Origin: an uncultured Bacillota bacterium
Lineage (GTDB): Bacteria; Sysuimicrobiota; Sysuimicrobiia; Sysuimicrobiales; Segetimicrobiaceae
Direction: 5' to 3'
DNA length: 64,000 nucleotides
Assembly: GCA_963804645.1 (NCBI GenBank)
Contig: CAWDRG010000002.1
Coordinates: forward strand, 96,001 to 160,000
Of this stretch, positions 17,242-25,755 are shown piece by piece; the stretch's first letter is position 1; every line of letters begins with the position of its first letter. The notes under the pieces are model-generated. The model saw only the letters and a list, made by a program, of their open reading frames with translations. It did no database searches and was not told the origin of the DNA. Made by a program: the position numbers and the translations under genes.

Positions 17242-19545
17242 CTACGCCCTCGCGCGCCGCACCGCGGTGGCGATCCGTTCCGGCGTGAGCGGCATGTCGA
17301 GGTGCTTCACCCCGAGATGCGCGACGGCGTCCACCGCGGCGTTGACCACCGCCGGCGTCGAGCCGATCGTCGCCGCCTCCCCCACGCCCTTGGCGCCGAG
17401 CGGATTTCGCGGGGTCGGCGTCACCGAGACGCCGCGCGTCACGCGCGGCATGAAATCGGCCTTGGGGATCCCGTACTCGGCCAGGGTCCCGGTGACAAGC
17501 TGCCCGGCGTCGTCGTAGATGACGGCCTCGAGCAGCGCCTGGCTGGCGCCCTGCACGATGCCGCCGTGGACTTGACCGTCGACAAGGAGCGGATTGATCA
17601 CCCGGCCGCAGTCGTCGACGGCGACGTACCGGGTAATCCGGGGCACGTACGTCTCCGGATCGATCTCCACGACGCACACATGGGTCCCGAAGGGAAACGT
17701 CGTGCCCTGCGACTTGAACCGCGCCGTCGCCTCGAGTCCCGGATCCTGGTCCGCCGGCACGTGCTCGCCGTTGTACGCGGCGGTCGCCACTTGCGCCACG
17801 GTCACGACCCGCGCCGGGGTGCCGCGGACCGCCACCGTGGCGTCGGCCAGCACGAGATCCGCCTTCGCCGCTTCGAGCATGAGCGAGGCGACGCCGAGAA
17901 TCTGCTCGCGCACGTCGTACGCGGCGAGGTGGACCGCGGAGCCGCCGAGCGCCATGCTGCGGCTGCCGCTCGTCCCGCCGCCCTGCTGGACCAGGAGCGT
18001 ATCGCCGTGCACCACCGTAATGTCTTCGATCGGGATGCTCAGCGCGTCCGAGACAATCTGCGCGAACCCGGTCGCGTCCCCCTGGCCGTGCGGCGACGTG
18101 CCCGTCACGACCGTGGCGCTGCCGTCCTTGTTGACGCGCACGGTCCCGAGCTCCCACGGACCGAACGCGCAGATCTCGACGTAACTCGCGATGCCGATCC
18201 CGACGAGGCGCCCCTGCGCGCGCGCGGTCTGCTGCTCCGCGCGGAGCCGCGGGTACTCCGCGAGGCGCAGCGCCTCCTCGAGCGGCTTCGCGTACTCTCC
18301 ACTGTCGTAGTGCGCGCCGCTCGCTGCTTTGTACGGAAACTTCTCCGGCGCGATGAAGTTGCGCCGCCGGACCTCGGCGGGATCGACGCCGGTCGCGTCC
18401 GCCACGAGCGCCATCGCGCGCTCGAGGTAGTAGCTGGCCTCCGGCCGGCCGGCGCCCCGGTACGCGCCGGTAGGGCAGGTGGTGGTCAGCACGCCGAGGA
18501 GCTCGCAGCTGAGCGCCGGCACCTCATACGGTCCCTGGATCATGAGGGGGGTGAGGGTCGGGACGATCGGCGTGAGCCACATGTACGCGGCGCCGAGGTC
18601 GGCCAGCACCCTGGCGCGCAGGCCCCGCACGCGGCCGTCCCGGTCGGCGGCCACCTCCAGCGCGGCGACCTGCCCGCGTCCGTGCGTCATCGAGAGGAGA
18701 TTTTCCGAGCGCGTCTCGATCCACTTCACCGGCCGACCCAGCCGTCGCGCGAGCTCGGCGACCACGACGTCCTCGGGATACGTGTTCAGCTTGGCGCCGA
18801 ACCCGCCGCCCACGTCCGGCGTGATCACCCGGATCCGGCGCGCCTCAATCCCGAGCAGCTCGCTGAGCGCATCGCGGACCGAGTGCGCCTCCTGCGTGGA
18901 TGTCCAGACGGTGAGCATCCCCTGTCCCTGGCTGCCGTCGTACATCGCCACCGTCCCGCGGGGCTCCAGCGGGACCGCCGCGACGCGCTGGTTCACCATC
19001 CGCTGCGTCACGACGACCGGGGCATCCCGAAATGCGGCCTCGACGTCCCCCCGTTCCAGCAGCGTCCGGAACGCGACGTTCGTCCCGAGAGTCGGATGGG
19101 CAAAGGGGGCACCCGCCGCGGCGCGCTCGAGGTCCACTACCGCAGGCTCCGGGGCATATTCAATGTCGACGAGGTCGGCGGCATCGCGGGCCGCGGCGGG
19201 GGTCTCCGCGACCACGACCGCAACCGGCTGGCCGGCGTAGCACGCCACCGCCTCGGCGAGCAGCGGGTGCGGCGCCGCGCGCATTCCCTCGACCGGGATC
19301 ACGGGGAGCGGCTTCGGGACGTTCCGGAGGTCGGCGGCCGCCAGCGCGGCGACGACCCCGGGATGCCGTCGGGCCGCGTCGAGGCCGACCTTGCGGATCC
19401 TGGCGTGCGCGTGCGGGCTTCTGACGAACGCGGCGTGCAGCATGCCGGCGAGCGCCAGGTCGTCGACGTACGACCCTTCGCCGCGGATCAACTTGGGGTC
19501 CTCGATCCGCTTGATGCGCGCGCCGACGTGCTGGGAAAGCGCCAT
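17242..19545 (-). CDS. Xanthine dehydrogenase-family molybdopterin-binding large subunit (form II CoxL/CutL-like)
   Basis: MALSQHVGARIKRIEDPKLIRGEGSYVDD, RSPHAHA, GGGFGAK, AYRGAGRPE, HGQG, GQVHGG, NPLGAKGVGE. Start set at ATG 19545. Confidence 0.92.
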   Translation of the reverse strand: MALSQHVGARIKRIEDPKLIRGEGSYVDDLALAGMLHAAFVRSPHAHARIRKVGLDAARRHPGVVAALAAADLRNVPKPLPVIPVEGMRAAPHPLLAEAVACYAGQPVAVVVAETPAAARDAADLVDIEYAPEPAVVDLERAAAGAPFAHPTLGTNVAFRTLLERGDVEAAFRDAPVVVTQRMVNQRVAAVPLEPRGTVAMYDGSQGQGMLTVWTSTQEAHSVRDALSELLGIEARRIRVITPDVGGGFGAKLNTYPEDVVVAELARRLGRPVKWIETRSENLLSMTHGRGQVAALEVAADRDGRVRGLRARVLADLGAAYMWLTPIVPTLTPLMIQGPYEVPALSCELLGVLTTTCPTGAYRGAGRPEASYYLERAMALVADATGVDPAEVRRRNFIAPEKFPYKAASGAHYDSGEYAKPLEEALRLAEYPRLRAEQQTARAQGRLVGIGIASYVEICAFGPWELGTVRVNKDGSATVVTGTSPHGQGDATGFAQIVSDALSIPIEDITVVHGDTLLVQQGGGTSGSRSMALGGSAVHLAAYDVREQILGVASLMLEAAKADLVLADATVAVRGTPARVVTVAQVATAAYNGEHVPADQDPGLEATARFKSQGTTFPFGTHVCVVEIDPETYVPRITRYVAVDDCGRVINPLLVDGQVHGGIVQGASQALLEAVIYDDAGQLVTGTLAEYGIPKADFMPRVTRGVSVTPTPRNPLGAKGVGEAATIGSTPAVVNAAVDAVAHLGVKHLDMPLTPERIATAVRRARA

Positions 19546-19738
19546 GGTGTCACCATCCTGGGAATAAGACTGGGTGGGCTGGGAGCCTCCCGCCGCGGTG
19601 TTTCGACCGCGCGGCGGCGGGCCCCTCCCGTTCGGGGGGAACGCACCCGGCCGGCGCGAACATCCCCTCGCCGCGTCGGCCCGATCCATCGGCGTCGGTG
19701 TCCGCATCGACGACTCGTTTCGCGCTGGGTGAGAATGT

Positions 19739-21046
19739 ATGAGCGACGCTCCGATGTCGGTGGCGGATGTCATGACCCCAACGACCGTGGCGGTGCCGGC
19801 GGAGGCGACCGTGACGACCGCGGTCGACCTGATGCTGCGGGAAGACCTGCCGGTGCTCCCGGTCGTGTCCGACGGGCGGGTCGTCGGGTTGGTCACGCCG
19901 ACGCAACTCCTGCGGTGGCCGAACCAGCGCCGCGTAAACGACATCATGACGACGCCGCTCCTGTGCGCGACCCCCGAGCTGTCGCTGGTGCAGGCCCACG
20001 GCGTCGCCACGCACCAGCGCCTCGAGGTCCTGCCGGTGACCCTGGACGGGCGCCTCGTCGGTCAGATCACGCTGCTCGCGATCCTGCAGGCCCAGGGCCA
20101 GCAGACAGATCCGCTGACGGGGCTGCCGTGGGCAACGGCGCTTCGGACGTGGGCCGCGTCCGCGCTGCGCCGGGGCCACGAGATGGCGATGGTGTTTGTC
20201 GATGTCGACAACTTCGGCGTGGTCAACAAAGCGCTCGGCCACGTGGAGGGCGACAAGATTCTTCGCGCGCTCGCGTCGCTGGTCGGGGCGTCGCTGGATC
20301 CGGGGAGCGATCTCTTGTGCCGCTACGGGGGGGACGAGTTCGCGATCGCCACCACGCGGGCGCACGACGCGGCCCGGGCGCTGGCCGCGCGCATCCAGCA
20401 GGACAGCGTCGTGCCCGCGGTGATCCGCGGCGCGACGCGGTACGTCACCGTGAGCGTCGGGTTTGCGGGGGGCCGCCGCGTGCATCCGCGCGGCGATGCG
20501 CACGTGGCCGCGACCGTGGACGATCTGCTGTCGATCGCGAGCCACGCCTCCACCGCGGCGAAGGAATCGTCCGAGCGCGCGCGGCGGACCGCGTGGGCGG
20601 ATGCCGGTCGGTGGGGACCGCCCGGGGGACCGTCGGACGAGGCACGGCTGCGCCTCGTCGAGGTGATCGTGTCCAAGGATCCGCAGTGGGCGACCGCTTC
20701 GGTGCAGCTGCGCCTGGGTCCGCTCGAGGGGACCGGGACCGCCGGGGCACCCGGCGCCCACGCGCAGCCGGCGCTGCTGGTGGCGCAGGCGACCGTCGCG
20801 GCCATCCTGCAGACGGTTGGCGATCGGTTCGTCTTCGCGGTCGACGAGCTCACGGAGGTGCCGACCCGCAGCGGGGTGCTCGCGGTGGTGGTCGTGAACA
20901 ACGGGTCGGATTCCACGCCGGGGTTCGTCGGCGCGGCGCGCGCCGCGGACCCATCCGATGCGGTCGCCAAGGCGGTGCTCGACGCCCTCAACCGCCCACT
21001 CGCCAAGCCGCTTGCGGAAATTCTCCGGAGGGCGGCGCACTCGTGA
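19739..21046 (+). CDS. CBS-pair + GGDEF diguanylate cyclase with an extra C-terminal domain
   Basis: Two CBS motifs (VADVMTP..LPVV..GRVVGLVT; VNDIMT..LPV..GRLVGQIT), then DPLTGL, DVDNF..VN..GH..GD and RYGGDEF. About 130 further C-terminal residues end AVAKAVLDALNR. Confidence 0.9.
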   Translation: MSDAPMSVADVMTPTTVAVPAEATVTTAVDLMLREDLPVLPVVSDGRVVGLVTPTQLLRWPNQRRVNDIMTTPLLCATPELSLVQAHGVATHQRLEVLPVTLDGRLVGQITLLAILQAQGQQTDPLTGLPWATALRTWAASALRRGHEMAMVFVDVDNFGVVNKALGHVEGDKILRALASLVGASLDPGSDLLCRYGGDEFAIATTRAHDAARALAARIQQDSVVPAVIRGATRYVTVSVGFAGGRRVHPRGDAHVAATVDDLLSIASHASTAAKESSERARRTAWADAGRWGPPGGPSDEARLRLVEVIVSKDPQWATASVQLRLGPLEGTGTAGAPGAHAQPALLVAQATVAAILQTVGDRFVFAVDELTEVPTRSGVLAVVVVNNGSDSTPGFVGAARAADPSDAVAKAVLDALNRPLAKPLAEILRRAAHS

Positions 21047-21115
21047 TCGCGCGCTCGGCCCGGGGGGCGGAGCTGGCCGGCGCGCGCGTCGGTCGCCACC
21101 GGGTCGGGGTCTGAC

Positions 21116-22309
21116 GTGGGTGCGGCGGGGGCGACGCCCGAGGAACGTCCCCGCCGGTCGGCCGACCCGGGGCCGCCCCGTCCCCCGCAGGGCTCACTCG
21201 GCGAAGTCGCCGCGGTGTTCCTGCGTCTCGGACTGACCGCCTTCGGTGGCCCCGCGGCGCACATTGCGATGATGCGCCGCGAGCTCGTTGAGCGGCGGCG
21301 GTGGCTCACCGACGACGCGTTCCTCGATCTCCTCGCCGTCGCAAACCTGCTCCCCGGGCCGAGCTCCACCGAGATGGCGATCTTTCTCGGCTACGTGCGC
21401 GCGGGCCCGCTCGCGCTCGTGCTCGCGGGAGCCCTATTCATCCTTCCCGCGATGGTGATGGTCCTCGGGTTCGCGTGGGCGTACGTGCGCTACGGCACGC
21501 TCCCCGCGGCGCAGTGGGTGCTGTACGGGATCAAACCCGTGATCATCGCCGTGATCGTCCAGGCGCTGTGGGGGCTCTCCCGCAGCGCGTTTCGGCAGCG
21601 GTGGCTCGCCGCGGTCGCGGCGGCGGTGGCCGGCCTGTACCTCATCGGCGCGAATGTCATCGTGCTGCTCGTGGGCGCAGGCATAGTCGTCGCGGCGGTG
21701 CGGACGGGGCGCCGCGGGGTCTCCGGCGCCGCGGCCGCCCTCCCGCCCCTGGCCGGCGCCGCGGCGATCTCCTCGGTGCCGTTTTCGCTGCCGACCCTCT
21801 TTTTCACGTTTCTGAAGATTGGGGCCGTGACGTTCGGCAGCGGATACGTGCTGCTCGCATTCCTGAGAAGCGACCTCGTCTTGCGCCTGCGCTGGCTCAC
21901 CGACCGGCAGCTGATCGACGCGGTCGCCGTCGGACAGTTCACGCCCGGTCCAGTGTTTACGACGGCGACGTTCATCGGCTACCTCACGGGCGGTCTCGGC
22001 GGCGCGCTGGTCGCGACGCTCGCGATCTTCCTGCCGGCGTTTGTGCTCGTCCCGCTCGCCTATCCGCTGATCCCGCGCTTCCGACGATCCCCGGCCGCGG
22101 GGGCGTTTCTCGACGGGGTGACGGCGGGCGCGCTCGGGCTGATGGCAGGCGTTACCTGGCAGCTCGCGCGTGCCGGGATCGTGGACACCGCGACCGCGGT
22201 GCTCGCCGTCGTGGCGTTCGGAGTATTGCTTCGGTTCCGCATCAACTCTGCCTGGGTGGTGCTGGGAGGGGCCGTCGTCGGCGCCGCGGTCCGGGCCCTG
22301 GCCCGATAG
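21116..22309 (+). CDS. chrA: Chromate efflux transporter (long-chain CHR family)
   Basis: FLRLGLTAFGGP, LPGPSS, FLKIGAVTFGSG and FTPGPVF in two homologous hydrophobic halves. Confidence 0.92.
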   Translation: MGAAGATPEERPRRSADPGPPRPPQGSLGEVAAVFLRLGLTAFGGPAAHIAMMRRELVERRRWLTDDAFLDLLAVANLLPGPSSTEMAIFLGYVRAGPLALVLAGALFILPAMVMVLGFAWAYVRYGTLPAAQWVLYGIKPVIIAVIVQALWGLSRSAFRQRWLAAVAAAVAGLYLIGANVIVLLVGAGIVVAAVRTGRRGVSGAAAALPPLAGAAAISSVPFSLPTLFFTFLKIGAVTFGSGYVLLAFLRSDLVLRLRWLTDRQLIDAVAVGQFTPGPVFTTATFIGYLTGGLGGALVATLAIFLPAFVLVPLAYPLIPRFRRSPAAGAFLDGVTAGALGLMAGVTWQLARAGIVDTATAVLAVVAFGVLLRFRINSAWVVLGGAVVGAAVRALAR

Positions 22310-22638
22310 TGGACCCCACCGAGCGGTCGCTCCGCTCGGCGCTCGCCCCACCCACCGGTCTCTCTGCCTGCCTCGGGACCCGCGCCCGCGCCCATGACCA
22401 CCCCGCGTGCCTCGGGATCACGACCGCCGCGGTGGTCGCTCGCCGTGCGATGCGCCGCGCCGACACCGCGCTGCGGCCGTCGCCCCCAAGGACGTCCGGA
22501 CGCATCGCCGCGTGCGGCTGGCTGAGCGTGTGGAGTGCGTATCGGGGCGTGATGCCGCGAGGGCCGCGTCCGATCCTCACCCTGGCACGACGCCGCGCAG
22601 CAACGGGCGGGCTCAGGCCGTTCGGGGCATGACACCGC

Positions 22639-22671
22639 GAAGCGGTGGGAGGTGCATCCCCCCACCGCTTC
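22639..22671. terminator. Stem-loop between convergent chrA and fasciclin genes
   Basis: GAAGCGGTGGG / CCCACCGCTTC 11-bp inverted repeat. Confidence 0.5.
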
Positions 22672-22721
22672 AACGCAACAGTGTGACTCGCACGACGACG
22701 CGCTGGCGTCGCGGAGTGCGC

Positions 22722-23327
22722 TTACATCTTGGGCATGATCACCGTGTCGATTCCCTGGACGATTCCGTTGGCCACCTTCAGGTCGGCCCAGTTGATCGCC
22801 GCGCCGTTGACCGTGTAGACCTGCCCGCCGGATGACGTCGTGCCCCGGTTACCGGACAGCATCGTCCCAGACATCATGGCGTTGCTCGTCGCGAAGGTGA
22901 GCGTGCCGCCCTCGGCCGACGTCGCCGTCTTGATCTTGAGAAGGTCCGAAACCGTGTAGGCATGGCCGGTGATCACGAGACCCTTCAAAAACGACACGAG
23001 CTTCGCCTTATCGGTGATCAGCGTGTTGAGCTGCGCAGACGGCAGCTTGCCGAACGCGCGGTCATCGGGTGCGAACACGGTCAGCGGGCCTTGTGCCTTC
23101 ATGGTGGCAGCAATCCCCGCGTAGTTGATCGCCTTGAGCAGGGTGGAGAAGTGCTCCTTCGGATCAGCCGCGGCCGGGGCCGGGCTCGTGAAGACATCCA
23201 TAGGCGTCTGCCAAGCGCCGCTCGAATTCTGAGCCTGCGCCGGGTTCACTTGGATACCACCCGCCACCAGCAGGGCCCCCGTCGCCAAGAGCAGTGCACC
23301 AATCGTGAGTTTCCGCAATAACGTCAT
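22722..23327 (-). CDS. Secreted fasciclin (FAS1) domain protein
   Basis: Signal peptide (AQA|Q), FSTLLKAI, GPLTVFAPDDRAF (H1) and NGIVQGIDTVIMP (H2). SD AAGGGAG spacing favours ATG 23327 over 23333. Confidence 0.88.
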   Translation of the reverse strand: MTLLRKLTIGALLLATGALLVAGGIQVNPAQAQNSSGAWQTPMDVFTSPAPAAADPKEHFSTLLKAINYAGIAATMKAQGPLTVFAPDDRAFGKLPSAQLNTLITDKAKLVSFLKGLVITGHAYTVSDLLKIKTATSAEGGTLTFATSNAMMSGTMLSGNRGTTSSGGQVYTVNGAAINWADLKVANGIVQGIDTVIMPKM

Positions 23328-23875
23328 GCCCATCTCCCTTCTCTACTCGGAATGAATTGATGATCTCCGACGGGCGAGCATCGCTCGATCGAAGACCCCC
23401 TGCTCGAACCTGAACACACGGCGGACCAGGCCGGAAACGCCACTCGGTCATGCACCTCGCTCGAAGGATCCTCCCCGCAGAACGCCTAGGCATCCGTGTA
23501 TCTACAACCGGAGAATCAGGCACACGGTCTCGCTATCCTCAAGAGAATGGTATTGAATGCGCCGTGCCCCCACCATAGGGTCCTGACAGTATCTATTATA
23601 CGTTAGATTTGGCGAGATTTGGTGGTTTTCCCTCCAAGGTCGGGTGTTGCGGGGACGCGTCATGACGGCTCCTGTTTTTGCATCCGGAGACACCCGCGCG
23701 TAGGGCGGCCCAACCGGAGACGTGCGCGGATCGCGAGGGAACGGACGCGGGGCACAGGCCCGATCTTGGGAGTCAGGGGAAGATCTCGACGTCCACAGAG
23801 ACGTCAAACGCGCGGACGGATCCCCCCGGCCGCGCGTTTGACGATTACAAAACCCAGGTAGTGCGTGGAACAACT

Positions 23876-23918
23876 ACACGGGGGCCGAAAGTGCCCGGAA
23901 GACCTCCGGCCCCCGTGT
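23876..23918 (-). terminator. Stem-loop immediately after the pilin stop codon
   Basis: ACACGGGGGCCG / CGGCCCCCGTGT 12-bp stem. A second 14-bp stem lies at 23802-23843. Confidence 0.55.
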
Positions 23919-23920
23919 GA

Positions 23921-24385
23921 TCAGCAGCCGACAGGAAGACAGGTTTCGGTGGACTGTCCTTGGTTCGTCCCGCTGACGAACATCGTCACCGTGTAGGTTT
24001 CACCATTCTCCAACCCCACGTTGTTCGACGGCCACGACACGGTCAGGTCCGGCGCCGTGGTACCGGACACCGTTCCGACGTTGTAGGTGGCGCCGGGAGT
24101 GCCCGAGACCCAGTTCCAGTACTTGCCGGCCTGCTCGTTGAACCCAATCGTGGCGTTGCTCTGGCACTGCGTGACATCGAGCGTCTGCAGGTAGCAGCCA
24201 TAGGCCAGCGAGCGCCACTCCTGCGCCATCCCGTTGGCCTCGTCGATCGCGGCCTTGTTACGGGCGCCCAGGTAGGACGGCAGGGCCAGTGCCACGAGCA
24301 GCGCGAGCACCGCTGCGACCACGACGAGCTCGATCAGCGTGAAGCCTAACTCGTTCCCGCTCCCCTTCTGCAACCGCTTCAACAT
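23921..24385 (-). CDS. Type IV pilin (PilA-like), 154 aa
   Basis: MLKRLQKGSGNELG|FTLIELVVVAAVLALLVALALP: class III signal with E+5 and P+22. Two Cys pairs, C-terminus TCLPVGC, SD GAGGGGGGAG. Confidence 0.88.
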   Translation of the reverse strand: MLKRLQKGSGNELGFTLIELVVVAAVLALLVALALPSYLGARNKAAIDEANGMAQEWRSLAYGCYLQTLDVTQCQSNATIGFNEQAGKYWNWVSGTPGATYNVGTVSGTTAPDLTVSWPSNNVGLENGETYTVTMFVSGTNQGQSTETCLPVGC

Positions 24386-24496
24386 ACAATCTCCCCCCTC
24401 TACTGTCCTACCATATGCGGGTGGATGCCCCAGCCGCCCGCGGACCCTCCCACCCGGTCGATGTCTGAGACCTAGTGCCATTGGGCATAACACTAA

Positions 24497-24526
24497 GTCC
24501 TTTAGTACCATGTCCTTTAGTACCAT
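24497..24526. repeat. Perfect 15-bp tandem duplication GTCCTTTAGTACCAT x2 upstream of the pilin gene
   Basis: Read directly at 24497-24511 and 24512-24526. Confidence 0.9.
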
Positions 24527-24672
24527 ACGAGGGCTGGGACCTTTGAGCAATAGGACTTTTGGACCAACTCGCCCGATTCGAGTTTAGGAATTTTTGTTAT
24601 GGGAACGTTATAAAACACGCTCTCTGTCGCGACACGTGGGAGCAGACGTTCGAGCGTGGATCCGGCGCGACC

Positions 24673-25464
24673 CTACTGCATCGAGCGCGTGGCCCCGCCG
24701 TCAATCACGATCGTGGTCCCCGTCACGTAGCTGGCCTGGTCGGAGGCCAGAAACACCGCGACGTTCGCAAACTCCTGAGGGTCTCCGTAGCGCCCGGCGG
24801 GGATCAGCGCGACGGCCTCCTGCTCCGCCTGCTCGACGCTCGTGCCAGCCGCGTTGGCCGCCGCCTCGTCGATCGCGCGCACCCGTGCGGTGCGGATCCG
24901 GCCGGGCGCGAGGTTATTGACGAGAATCTTGTACGGCGCCAGTTCGAACGACAGCGTCTTCGTCAGCGCCACCACGCCGGAACGAAACACGTTGCTCAGG
25001 ACGAGGTTGGCGATCGGCACCTTCACCCCCGAGGTGATCACCGTGATGATGCGTCCGCCCCCCTGCGCCTTCATCGGTCCGACCGCCCCTCGAATCAGCC
25101 GCACCGCGCTCATAAGATTCTGCTGGAACGCCTGCTCCCACTGCGCGTCGGTCAGCGTGAGGCCTGATCCAGGGGGCGGTCCGCCGGCGTTGCAGACGAG
25201 GATGTCCAAGCGGCCGAACTCCGCGGTCGCGGCGCCGAGCAGCCGGTCGACGCCTTCCGGGTGCGACACGTCCGCGACGAGACCCACCGCCTTCCGTCCC
25301 GTTTTGGCGGTGATCTCCGCGGCCGCGCGGCGGATCATCTCGTCGCGCCGACTGCCCAGCACGACACTTGCCCCGGCGTCCGCCAGCCCCTCGGCAATGG
25401 CCCGTCCGATCCCGGCGCTCGCGCCCGAGACCACCGCGACACGCCCTGTCAAATCAATCTTCAT
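24673..25464 (-). CDS. SDR-family oxidoreductase (FabG-like subgroup with SNxxR in place of YxxxK)
   Basis: SGASAGIG, CNAGGP, LSNVFRS, NNLAPG, YVTG..IVIDGG. Confidence 0.9.
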   Translation of the reverse strand: MKIDLTGRVAVVSGASAGIGRAIAEGLADAGASVVLGSRRDEMIRRAAAEITAKTGRKAVGLVADVSHPEGVDRLLGAATAEFGRLDILVCNAGGPPPGSGLTLTDAQWEQAFQQNLMSAVRLIRGAVGPMKAQGGGRIITVITSGVKVPIANLVLSNVFRSGVVALTKTLSFELAPYKILVNNLAPGRIRTARVRAIDEAAANAAGTSVEQAEQEAVALIPAGRYGDPQEFANVAVFLASDQASYVTGTTIVIDGGATRSMQ

Positions 25465-25755
25465 CGCATCCTCCCCTGAGTGCAGTCACGCTGGATCGGC
25501 CCCGCCGGAGGTCGGGTCACCGTCTGGACGCGGCCCGCCGTGCCCCGGGTGGTCCGCTGGAACGAGCCCCCGGTGGGCACGGTAGCGTTGTGACAAATCT
25601 ACTCTTGTGGTTCTCCCATGTCTACGTGTAAGGGCCACGCATCACGCGCGGCGCCCCGGGAGGAGTTCGCCATCCGCGCTTCGAACGAGTGCGGGACGGT
25701 GACTGTGCTGAGCGATGCACCGAACCCAGACGAGCCGCGGCCGCAACAACCGTAG

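Noticed and set aside
17188..21114. 1,308-aa plus-strand ORF
   Set aside because: Arg-rich shadow frame overlapping the coxL-like and GGDEF genes, with no motifs.
22310..22635. Possible small gene or RNA after chrA
   Set aside because: No ORF with a credible RBS or motifs; only short GC hairpins expected by chance.
24497..24566. CRISPR-like repeats
   Set aside because: The repeats are 14-15 bp and adjacent or irregularly spaced, with no spacers and no cas genes.
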